In this document: piece after piece, positions 38,040 through 49,667 of the stretch
Position numbering within the stretch: the stretch's first letter is position 1
How the letters are laid out: each line of letters opens with the position of its first letter
Assembly (NCBI GenBank): GCA_050084985.1
Contig: JBITNC010000001.1
Span: 141,174,001 to 141,238,000 of the forward strand
Length of the DNA: 64,000 nucleotides
From: Nageia nagi
Taxonomy: Eukaryota; Plantae; Pinophyta
Reading direction: 5' to 3'
The notes under the pieces: model-generated
Told to the model about the DNA's origin: nothing
Seen by the model: only the letters and a program-made list of their open reading frames with translations
Database searches by the model: none
Program-made: the position numbers and the translations under genes

Positions 38040-40101
38040 GTCCAAATCATAATTTGTCAAGTCAACAAGTTAGTAGGATAAGAGCAACATGTAGCAGTAA
38101 TGGAGTGGTGGAAGAAAACATTTTTATGTTTCCTATAATAGAGACAGATCATGATATCATAGGAGCATGATTTTTAACGAATTGATTCTAGTTTTTGGTG
38201 CTCACTTCTTGTCAATTAATTGCCAAACTTCTAAGTGTCTTATTTGTTGCATACGAAGGTGGTTTGATCCCCTTTTTGCTGAGACACTTATTTCCATAGT
38301 TATCGAATACTTCCATTCCCCTGCTTGGATACTCAAAGTGATACATTGTATACATGTTGTATCTAGACATACACAAATGTATGCTAGCATCTAGGTTGTA
38401 TGTGATACATACAAATGCATTCCAAGTGTGCATGGAATTGTATCATCAACAATAGATTAAAAAGTAAAATAAAAAGATTTTTTTTTTTCTTATAAAATAG
38501 AACAGTGAAATTAATTTGTAAACAACAGTATAGAACCCAAAGAAAATTTGTATATCTCTCTATTTATGAAATGTGACACAGACATACATATTAAAGTTTA
38601 AACATCATACTGTGATACTATCATATTTAGTGCTTATATAATTATTTATGGTTTTCATTTAGATCTAGGCTAAAAGGGTGGGGTTCCCTCCTAGGCCCTC
38701 CCATCGCTTACTTTTAAGTGTTTATCTTTTCCTTTAGAATTGATATTTGAAAGTCATATCTTTCCACTTTTCAATACAATTGATTTCTCTAAGAAAGTAT
38801 GGTTCTGATGAACATTGCTTATTAGTTTTGATGATGGTTGATGTCTAATATTGGTTTGCCCATCCTTGATAATTGAGCAGTTGGAATGCACCCATATCTC
38901 CTTCATTTCCTTCATCTACAAATTCAATCTGGAATAATATTTGTCAAGCCATTGTTGTCAACTTGTACTCCTAGGAGGTTACATATAAGGGATCACATGA
39001 TTGAAAAATTTGAAGTTTTAAGCTAAATACAAAATGGAAAACACAAAATACTATTATAAAAAAGGAAAAAATAGTTTAGTCTCTTCAAATCCACTGGATT
39101 CTCTTGTCTTGTCGATGTTTTGTTCAAATCCTTGTATTTATTTATTCTTTCAGCCAGCTTTGGAAGTTCATAATTACTTTTCTTTTATGCAAATAGATTT
39201 AGAGTTTTCCTTGGTAAAGCTTTCTTCTAACTGCTATCTATATTTCTTCTCTCAATCAACCACTGAAATTGTAGTTTTGTTTTGAAGTTATAGTTTTCTT
39301 TTTTTGCAAATATATCTAGAGTTTTTATGTAGTTTCAAGGTGCAAGATAAGGGTGGGAGCCCCTTGTGGAGCCAGCTATCCCTTTACTCTCAAGGTTTAT
39401 CTTGTTGACATTTCTTTTCTTTCTTTTTTAAATTTAATGTTTCCAAACTGTATGGGAGCTAGTTGTCCCCAAGATGGTTGTGGGATAGAGTTCCTGAGAT
39501 GTCCAGACATCCTTGGTATGTTCAGATAGCTTTGGTACATCAAGGATGGCTTTTTCGTGTAACCTTGATGTATCAACGATGCTTGGACACCCTTAAATTT
39601 GCTATTGTTGGTTAGGACTTTTATAGGATGGGCCAAGATGGGGATAGCTGTAAAGTTTTAGCATAATGGGGGAACTGGGGACATTTTGTCTTGTTCTGCA
39701 GCCACTGTTCAAGAGAAACCAGACCTGGGAACAAATAAGTAGTCTGTTGAGGAACATGAAATGATTGATGCAGAGTTGTATACCCTACTGTCATTTTGTC
39801 TTCTTGCTAACAATATCCTACGTTCCTTTAAATAAGACTCTCAATCTTTGATTCTAAATTACGTGTTTTCTTTTGTCAAATTGTAGAACTTGATGAAAAT
39901 GGGAAGTTTGCATCTTTTGTTTTGTAAATTTTTGCACAAAAAGAAACTATGAACTTCGCTTATACTGATTAGAGTACATTATAAATTTCATTTACGTTTT
40001 TACTAATGGTTCATAAAGTCCTTGATAAAGCTCACCTTATTCTACATGTAAAAGTGCTTAGTAAAAATGAGTAACACATTCACTAAATTTGTTTTGAACG
40101 G

Positions 40102-40858
40102 AAACTTTAATGAGGAAATAATTCCTTCCATCGGATCTGCATTGTTTAACCTAGGATAAGTTAGTGTGGAGGACACTCCAAATTTGAGAGGATGTAGAGA
40201 AATATGTTAATGTCATAAAAGAATGCTGACAACTCCAAATTTGAGAGGATGTAGAGAAATATGTTAATGTCATAAAAGAATGCTGACAACTAGGGAAATA
40301 AAATATGTGCAATCACAATTTGGGACAAACATGCTTGTTTGAGCTTTCTCATTATTTGCAAGTGAACGTACAATGATAGGGAATTGATGAGGAATGTGAG
40401 ATTGAGAAATCTTGTAGCCCATTTTGATGAGAATTATAAGATTAAATATTGAAAATTGATGATGAGAAGTGAAATGTTACAAGATGTTTGAATTTATAAA
40501 ATATACATTCAACTTTCATGAGAAAATAACTCCTTTCGTTTTATTTATACTGTTTAACCTAGGATAAGTTATTATAGAGGGACAACTCCAGATTTGAGGG
40601 GATATAGAGTGATGCCATAAATAATGCTGAACCTGGGAAAGAAAATGCACAAATTCATCATAGCGGACAAAGATGTTTACTAGAGCTTTCTCATTATTCA
40701 CCAATAAGTGTATTATGATAGCACAACTGATGATGAATGTGAAATTGAGAAATTTTTTATGCCCATTTTGATGAGAATCATAAGATTCAATCCTGAAAAT
40801 TAATGTTGAGAAATTAAATGTTACAAGGAGCTGTCAATTTATATAATACATATTCATA
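40102..40858. repeat. Diverged ~350-bp tandem duplication; copy 1 contains a younger perfect ~56-bp internal duplication (~40175-40290)
   Basis: tgtttaacctaggataagtta at 40143 and 40552, gagctttctcattatt, and gcccattttgatgagaat occur in both copies. Confidence 0.85.
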
Positions 40859-41898
40859 TAATGTAAATCAAGAATCAATTACCGGTATTCATGAATGATT
40901 GTAACTTGGATGTTAGTGGATCTTTTGCGTTAGTGCATATGCAGTTTAATATGGCAATGCACAAAGATGTGGCTTTGTAGAACACAACAAGTTTACTTGC
41001 TTGAAATTGGTTCAAATTGTTTCCAACGGTGCAACACTCAATTGCTTGTGCTTGTATCAGCCCTCCATTGCATCACTCCATGATTTCATAGTCTACAGCT
41101 AAGCTTGATTTTCATACTAATTCACATTAAGAGTTTTAAACCCAAGTCTATTAAAAATTTAAACGAACAATTAGAGGTGTTTCAAGCAACGGTACAAAGT
41201 ATGGTTTTAGTGGCTCAAGGTTGAATGCCTACGTAAGCATGGTGCAAAGTTGTGTATGAACGCATATGAAGTTGAAGTAACCAATTTAAAAGTGATGAGG
41301 GTCATGATGTGCACCATGATGCTCGTTGCCCACATCAATTGATACATTGTGGTTTTGATGCTTTGTCATAAGAAGAACTAGGAGAAAAACAACCCCTAAT
41401 GGATTAATGAGGCTTTTTTGGGATTGGTAATGGTGTTAATAACCCAAGCTTACATTTTGTTGGCATCATGATGTTGTAAGACATGCAATATTTTATGTAT
41501 GCTTCAATATCTTAGTGCATTCTAGCAGCTAAACTAGCAGCAGAGTTGTTGAAGCATAGCAAGTCGTTTACTGATGCCAACGTATTTAAATAATTTTGAG
41601 TGATAAACATTCCAAATGAAATGTTTATGCAATAGATTATAAGGCCCACATAGATATCTAAGCCAATGTAATAACTTAAAGCCAAGTAATGACTCACATC
41701 ATGTTGATCATGTAGAAGATTGTTCTAGGTTATGGCAAAGTTTGAATGTGTTGCCCAGTCTCCATGATTTTGCCTGCATAAATTGAGCACTATCAAAAAT
41801 GTTGCTTGGTGGTCAACTAGAATGCATTGCAGATTTATTGTCCTTTCCTTTCTTGTGCTTTATCAGAAGCTGGAACCTGGTTTTCTCTATGCATGCAG

Positions 41899-41963
41899 GA
41901 AGTGAAGTGTTTCTCTACCTAAAATTAACTATTACCATTGCTTTTGTACACAAACAATGGCAT
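41899..41963 (+). CDS. Predicted exon 2 of the host gene: end of the uORF (EVKCFST*) and main start codon at 41957
   Basis: Acceptor ttttctctatgcatgcag| and donor cat|gtaagt. The ATG is in plant consensus context aaacaATGgc, and its phase-1 end joins exon 43510 in frame. Confidence 0.5.
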
Positions 41964-43509
41964 GTAAGTCATTTTCATAGGTGGATTACCTTTTCATATT
42001 ATCAGTGGATGGGATGGAATGTAAGAGCACTGCATTGAATGCATAATTTGATGTGCAAATCTCAATCTTGAATGGATCTTTGATGCCTATCATGGCTGAC
42101 ACAACCCATAGCTGATTTGGTCTCCAAGGTGGGGCAAAGGACAACAGATAAGGAAACAACAACACAAGAAAGAGCACATGTGATATTATATTATTTACTG
42201 TGATGTTCAATTGTATTTTCATTTTTGCAAAAATGTTATACATGTAGGCAAGGAGTTCTCAAGAGTAAAGTAAATGTCAATAAGATCAACATCCACTAAG
42301 TATACCAGAAAACTACAAGAAGACTCTAAATTAATATGAGTCTGGCAACAACATTAAATGCATGTCCTCTTTTCATGAAGGATGGGAGATTTTTCCTGAA
42401 AATTCGCATTGAACATGGGCCTAGCCTGGTTCCACTCAGATCAGGAGTGGAACTGACTTGAGTTTTTTGAAAGCTCATTGCTGTGTAAGCCTTTAGTGAC
42501 CTGGTTTAATTTGCCACTAGAAGCAAGAGATTCTGTTAGTACATGAGGCCGAGAAAACTAGAGGTGTTTTGGGAACTATTTTAATAGTCTTGCAACATTT
42601 GGTGTTGGACTGAAATCTATATTGTGTTTAAAAGAAACTGAAATATGCTCATTTGAATATCAATGAGCTTGTTTATAGATATACGGTCTTAATCGTATCT
42701 TCTGATTTCTTTTGTATATTTTTAAATCTTCTGCTTCTTTGTTGATTTAACTTTCTTATGCTCTTGTCAGCGATAAAGTACAAGAAATTCCTTTAGTAAA
42801 ACATGATAATTTGTAGGTGTAAAAGCTTTAGGCTTTCATCAGAATAGGTCTTTTTGGTGGATGGAGTTTTCTTTTGTTTTGGTGAGAGAAACAGCAGAGT
42901 ATTCATTTGTCTACGTGGCTTTATCTTCTTCATACTTTTTGGATTTGATATGAATAGATGATAGCTTTGTTTTCCTTAGATGTTTCAAAGAAACTGAGTT
43001 TGTTTTCTTCCAAACTTATATCTTTAAGATTGAGCAGGAAAAATCAAGTAATGGTACAGAAATTGCCTTTGCTATAGCTGCTTTTAGGAACTACTAAGGG
43101 TAACCCAAGGTATGAATATTAAAGCTTTTGAATATGGTTTTTTATACTGTGAGTAATTTTGACTCTTTAATAGTGTAAATGGAATGTCCTGTGAAGTGTG
43201 GATGCATTTAGAGTTTGTAGATTCTTTACTTTAATTAGCTTTGTCTATTTTGAACTTAACATGTTAAATGTAGCATGCTCATTGAATTGAAGTATTGCAC
43301 ATAGAATGGTGTTTGCACCAATCTTCTGTAGTAATCTTCCTGCTTTTCTGGCAGGTCCATTGATGTATTAAATTGCATCCTGAAAGCAACCTAATGCCAT
43401 CTATTTAAAAGGATCAAACTATGGAAAATAACGGAATTTACTTTATGTTCTACAGTTCTACTTTATAGGTTGAAATGCTAACTTGTGAAAATGTGACTTT
43501 TTATTATAG

Positions 43510-43622
43510 TCTATATTGAGAAAGAACCTGAAATGGATATTCAATCACAGTTGAAGGTGGGTCAATATGCAGAAATCTGCAAGTGTAATGGACAATCTTT
43601 TAGTTCATGGATTGAAGCAAAG
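43510..43622 (+). CDS. Predicted coding exon: N-terminus of an Agenet/Tudor-like domain protein (..YIEKEPEMDIQSQLKVGQYAEICKCNGQSFSSWIEAK)
   Basis: Acceptor ttattatag|, donor AAG|GTTAGT, open frame. LKVGQxAE...W-x-x-(A/C)K matches the start of plant Agenet domains (F/LKVGQ.AE.....G..G.WF.CK). Downstream exons were not found in the window. Confidence 0.55.
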
Positions 43623-44011
43623 GTTAGTTTGATGACTTATAGAACTATTCTATTTATAGGATTTTGAATTTTCTTATGTTTCATATTTCATGTCAGTAGT
43701 TTCTTTTCTACCATTAGGTATTTTTGTTGGCTACAATTCTTTTGTTAAAAGATTTCTGATACTTTCTCCATTGACATCTTGGTTCACGGTTCAGTCCTTA
43801 GATTTACTAATGATGAATTGTTATAAAGGTACAGAGACAGTAATAAATATTATTTGTGAGCATGATGACAAATCAGCCTAAAACAAAATAACTTTATTTT
43901 AATAGATTTTAGTAGTAGTACATAAACTAATGCTAAATGCTAATGCTTGGACTAGTTTTCGAAAGCATCTTATACTGTATTACAAAACATCAGCAGTACA
44001 TGTTAAGAATA

Positions 44012-44554
44012 CCAAGATTCCAAAAGGTTGGACGAACAAGTTCCCGAGAACAGGGAATGGGGGAAATAATTTTTGGGGAACACCTTGGGAACAACAAGTA
44101 TACTAATGGTAAAAATTCCCAGAATTACCAGATTTTTTAAATTTCATAATTTCAAATTCATTATTATTATCAATTCAATCATGTATACAAAACTTAGAAC
44201 TGGAATTAGAAATCATGTCTGAATCAAAATAAGCCATAATCAATGATTATAAGACTCTAGACATAATGTCATCAAGTCTGATTCAGTCTAGTAAATAATG
44301 ATAGATGTGGAATCTCAAATCAGAAATACTAAAGCCTGAAATCATAGTAGTAAAACTTTAAAACTAAATAATACTAAGTAAATACATAGACTAGACTTGG
44401 TTGCTGTCTTTCTCCTTCATACTGCTGTCTTTTTCTTCGTGGGTGTTGTCAAAGAGTTTTTGGTGAGTATAAAATGAAGTGTTTTGTCTTTGCATGCATA
44501 TATACTATATAGTGTCACTTTTATAGTCTGGGTGGTGGGAACATTGATGGGACC
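44012..44554. mobile_element. One end of a hAT-like element (gggaac/gttccc subterminal repeats), interrupted
   Basis: Clustered gttccc/gggaac motifs at 44040-44092 and 44537-44543. No partner end found. Confidence 0.35.
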
Positions 44555-45292
44555 TGTTGTGCCCACACAACACACCTCCAAATACAATATTTTGTGGACC
44601 CTATTTTTGCAAAGTTTGGAGACATGGTTTGGATCAGGTTCGCGAAAGGAATTGGCTTAGATGACTGAGGGTTTGATTTGAGCATTCAGAAGAGATGATA
44701 TCAGGGGACAAGGCATATAGATTACCCACAGAAGATCCTGAGATGATTCAAAGAATTCAGTCACCAGTTTTGGAGCCAAGGAGCCTGGATTCTAGGAACA
44801 TAGCATAACACAGTTTTTGGGTCTTGGAAAGGCCAATTGAAAATGAGCCTGATTTTGATCTTTGAGCAATGCAAAATGTGAAGACATAAGGTTGTGTAAC
44901 ACCAAATTCTAAACTACTTTAATCCGGGAAGTTTTCAAATCAGATCAAAATTGCACCTAGGGGGTATAGACTTAGTTTTTGGTGCTTTAATGGCTTCAAG
45001 AAGAGTAAAATTGTGCCTAATTGGAAAAGATAATGTTTTTTTTTACTCAAGTTGAATGTAAAATGTGAAGATATGGTCAAGAGGAGCTTGGAAAATAAGA
45101 ATATTTAAACTTGGAACTTTTCCATTTGCACCAAAATTGTGTCCTCTAGGAAAAGGCGCTGTTTTCAGTCTTACTCCCACAAAACCAATAAACATGCTTA
45201 TACCCTCCATGAACACTTGAAGATGACAAATTTTGATCTTTGAAATATCAAAAATTAGAGATATGGGTATTTTGGAGGCCATCAAGTTAGAC

Positions 45293-46028
45293 CAAAGTTG
45301 TCAGACTCGGAATTGGATCGGAATCGTTTTGCTGGAAGATTTTGATTTTTTAAGAATCGGTAAAAAATCGGCCAATAAGAAAAACCAAGAATTTTTACAA
45401 TTTGACATTGAAACAAATCGTTTTTAGTTATCTCTCAACGTTGCATATAAAATAAAACAACATTCCATTTCAAATAACACATTACACAAGTGAAAACATA
45501 TTTCAACATTGGAAATTGTAGAGTTTTCAGTTTTGTATTACATATCGAATGTCCAAGGACCAAAACACATCAAAAATTTCCAAGTTCACAAAACAAAATC
45601 TGAACAAAAACATTTATCTAGATTCTAATGTCCATATTGTCTTTGTTTCCCCCTTATCAATCTATCTTTTGTGTCTTTAGCCCTGTTAGTGGTTTTTTTT
45701 GGTTCTTCTTCTTCTTGGGAATATAATGGATCCCCTACTTATGCTTGTGTTGCAATCTAGCTTAAATCATGCAAATGATGTTTCTCCTAGCTCCTCTTAG
45801 CTCTTCCTAGCTGAAGTTTGCAAGAAAATTTAAAAAAAATCCAAATTTGACCTTTTTTTCCTCCCTAGCCAGTGCCCGCAATTTTTTGCTGATTTTTTCT
45901 CGGGAATCAGCAAAAATCGCCATGTCAGCAAAAATAAAAAAATTGGAATCGGTTTAGAAAAAATCGTGTCTTCTCGATCCCCATTTTTTGCCCATTTTCC
46001 CAATATTTTGGTGAATTTTACAACTATA
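45293..46028. mobile_element. hAT-family MITE (736 bp)
   Basis: Perfect 8-bp TSD agttagac (45285-45292 and 46029-46036). TIRs caaagttgtcagactc / gaattttacaactata. Empty-site paralog at ~46590-46650. Confidence 0.9.
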
Positions 46029-47057
46029 AGTTAGACATATATTAAACTTGCAACATTTCAGTTTGCACCAAAATTGAAGGCATGCTGAGTAGGCATAGTT
46101 TTCAGTCTCTTACTCCCTTGAAGAGAGAAAACTCACACCTAATCTCTCTTGCACTTGAAAATGTGAAATTTTGAAGTTTGGAAAATCAAAATTTGGGCAT
46201 ATGGGTTTTAAAGATGGTACCAAATGAAGGGTAGTTAAACTTGCAATTTTTTTGAATTGCATCAAAATTGAATGCTAGAGGGGAAGGCACAATTTTGAAG
46301 GGTTGACAACTTGACTCACACTAAGAAGGTTAAAACAATGCCTAGCATGTCCATATGGCTATTTTGATAAAATTTGAAAATCAAATTTGAGCACATAGGT
46401 AAGTGAAGGGTGCAATTACAAGCACATAGGGTCAAAGAGGCATGTCAAAAGATGAGAGGGGCTTTCTATTAAGGTAGGCATAGTTTTGTGGTCTTTGTTC
46501 AAGCCTACCAAAGAGAGTAAGCAACCGCCTACTCCTCCAAGGCACAAATTTTGGAATTTTTGTAAAGTGAAGAATTAAAAATTGAAGATATGGGTATTTT
46601 GGAGGTCAACAACTTAGACATATTTAAACTTGCAACATTTCAATTTGCATCAAAGTTGCATCCTCCCCCTCATGGCACAGTTTTGAAGGCCTTACATCCA
46701 GCAAAAGAGAAATTTGTTGCCTAACATGCTCAATTGAACATTTTGGCATTTTTTTTTCTCAAAAATTGAATTTAAAGACATTGGTTTGTGCATTATGCGA
46801 TTTCATACATATTGATCAAAGGAGGATTCAAAATGACCAAATTTGCTACCCCAAATGGCTAGGCGTTGTTGTACTAGCTTTACTTATCATCTAAAGAGCA
46901 AAAACCCCATTGTCTAGTGTGAAATGGGTCATTTTGATCATTTTTCAAAACCAAAATTCAAACACACGAGAGGATGCAGCATCAAAGAACTATCACATTG
47001 GCCTTGGAAACTTTAAAAAAAGGGCAAAATCATGCAAATAAGGACTAGGCGTAGCTT

Positions 47058-48750
47058 TGCAATATTCCCAAATTTTGGGGTTCCACTCATTTTTAGGCTT
47101 GGGGGGACTCTAAAACCTTCAAGTCAGGAATTATCGATTCATCACCTCAAATGGGTAGAGAATCTCATGCCAATCGTTTTGACAGGTTACATGACATGGC
47201 TTTGTCAAGAAACGAAGGAAATATGGCATTTGGAAGTTCACTCGTGAGGCCAAATTTCTCATATCATGCATGCGTACTAGAAACCAAAATTCTATTTCCA
47301 GTTGACTATGGAAAATGTGATGTTCCTCTTCTAGGGATGTGCAATTGTTATTTCAATAATTTAGGTTTGATTAATATCTAATAAGAGTATTTTAATATTT
47401 AGGCATATTTTTATCCCTTTTGGAGGCTCTCCAACATGGGATATTGGACTCTATGAGTCATTAATTGTTATTTTTAATTAATAAAATATATGGACCACTT
47501 GAGGATGCCAAATATTGTTGTAATTGTAATACGAAGGCAAATAATAATTGTAAATGCAATATTAGTCTCTTTTAGTGAGGCGTTGTATATCTTGGCCTTG
47601 ATGAATTGTAATTTGGCATCTTCAGGCATTTGGATACCTCTCAATGTAATCTTGCTTCCCCTTAAGCTAGACTGATCCCTAGGGGTAGAGTATGAGGATC
47701 GCAAGAGGGAAACACTAATCCCTAGGCGCAAAAGACTCCAAGAGGGAGATGTGGCATCTTAAAGGAAAAATTGGCATCATTAGATGTGATTTCATGGATC
47801 CTAAAACACACAATGCAACATCTCACTCCAATAGCACATCCCGATCATCAAAGGCGATTATGGTGATCCCAAGGCACATGGAATCATCTAAAGGTGGATG
47901 CAGGACATGCATTTGGAGTCTATAAAAGGAGGATGAGACCCCATTTGAGGATATGCTTGTTTGTAATTTATTCTCTCTCTTCAGGTCATGGGCGACAATT
48001 CCTTCCATTGCCTCTTTTGGTGAAAGCCCACAAGGGAGGTGCTGAGATTCGACAAGGTCTCAGGGCTGTACGAATCAGTACTTTGAGGGTTAGCACACCT
48101 CAAAGGACTTGCTAGCTATCTAGGAGTGTTGGCATTACCCTAGATTATCTTAACACTGCTAGAGACCTTGGTGTTTTGGCCACAGTTGCGGAGGAGGACG
48201 TCCTGGTACAAGCCTTGCCAATTTTGTGGGACAACCCTGGTCCTTTCCTTAGCCTTCAACATTCAAGAAGATCCACAACTAGGGTAGCATTGCTTTAAGG
48301 CATCTAATTCAGTTTCTCATTGCTATATTATTATAATTACATTTGTAGCTCAATATTTGTGTTAGCTTGAGAGATCTTGCCCTAGGAAGCTAGACATCAA
48401 GTTGTGGATGCATTATTGTGTTAACTTGCTATCTTTGCCTAGACGTTGAGATTGCATTAGTTAATTGTACTTTTGTGGATGAGATCTTGCATTTTTGGCT
48501 AGTCGTTGGATATTAGGGATGCTTGTTTGTTGAGTTGTGCACCTAAGGTTGGATGTTGGGTCACTCTGGATCCAAACATTGGGTTTTGGATTTCTAATTT
48601 GGCCCCTGAAGGCTATACGTGTGCATTCTTGATGCTTGGATAGGGCTTTGAGGTGCATAATTGGTTTACTGGCTTAATTTGGTGAATTCTAGTTAATTTT
48701 GTGAGCCCCTTTGGCACGATTTTGGATCGGCCCTAGTCCGAAATATTTCA
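47058..48750 (+). repeat. 5' LTR
   Basis: tgcaatattc...aatatttca, with TATA ctataaaagg at ~47920. Confidence 0.9.
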
Positions 48751-49667
48751 GTGGTATTTGAGCCAAGATTCTACCAACCTACTAGGTAGAAACTTGGAAG
48801 GAAATTTTTTAGTAGCCAAGAAGCCTGAGATACAACTAAGATAAAGCAAGGAGCAAAATTAGAAGCAATTCCGATGGACTTGAAATACTTTTAGCAAATC
48901 TTGTCATCAAGATCCAATCTCTGAGCTCTTGAAGGAAGACATTGGGGTCTTCTGCATCAAATCTCCATATTTGAGGACCTTGAAGAGGATTGTGGGAAAT
49001 TGAGGAGTGCAACGGTGGCCATTTTGGTACTAGAATTGAAGAATCCAAAAGTTCATAGTCAAAAGTTTGACATATTGACATCAATTGCAGAAATGAGAGT
49101 CATCTTGGAGGTTCATTGAGGCTGAGGAAGCATTCTAAGTTTCCAGATCTGCCAAATTCCTATCTTGGAGGGGTTTGTAGCACACTTGGGCCATTTGGAG
49201 GCAAATTTTGCATCAAAGTTCCGAAATCTGAGCCATTGGAGTGAGACATTGAGGTCTTTAACCTCAAATTCGGGAGATTGAAGGTCTTGAATAGGCTCGT
49301 TGGTGTTGAAGAAGGCCCTAATCCATCCAAATTTGCAACTTAACTACCAAAAAGAGGATTGTTGTAATCTTGGAGCCAACTACAAGGAGATTTTGCATCA
49401 GAATTCAAGGAAAAAATGCTTCAGGTGTGATGTTGGGGTTGAGGACTCAGATGAGACTCTACGTCACCAAATATGGCAATTGGGATCAAGTCGTCCACCC
49501 TTAAAGGCATCAAAAATCAGGTTTGAGAATTTGATTTGGCATATTTCAATTTCGAGAAAATTTTTAGAAGCCAATTTCATATTTTATTGGAAGAGATAAA
49601 ATTCAGAAATTAATTTTGGAGGGATAAGTTTGGAGATTAAAAATTAGTTTCAATTTTATTTAAGGAG

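Noticed and set aside
38160-38456. Fourth hAT MITE (gatac/gtatc repeats)
   Set aside because: No convincing TIR pair or 8-bp TSD found.
42980-43109. Additional coding exon before 43510 (donor AAG|GTATG at 43109)
   Set aside because: Every acceptor tried gives a frameshift or an immediate stop relative to the 41957 ATG. At most it is a non-coding or poison exon.
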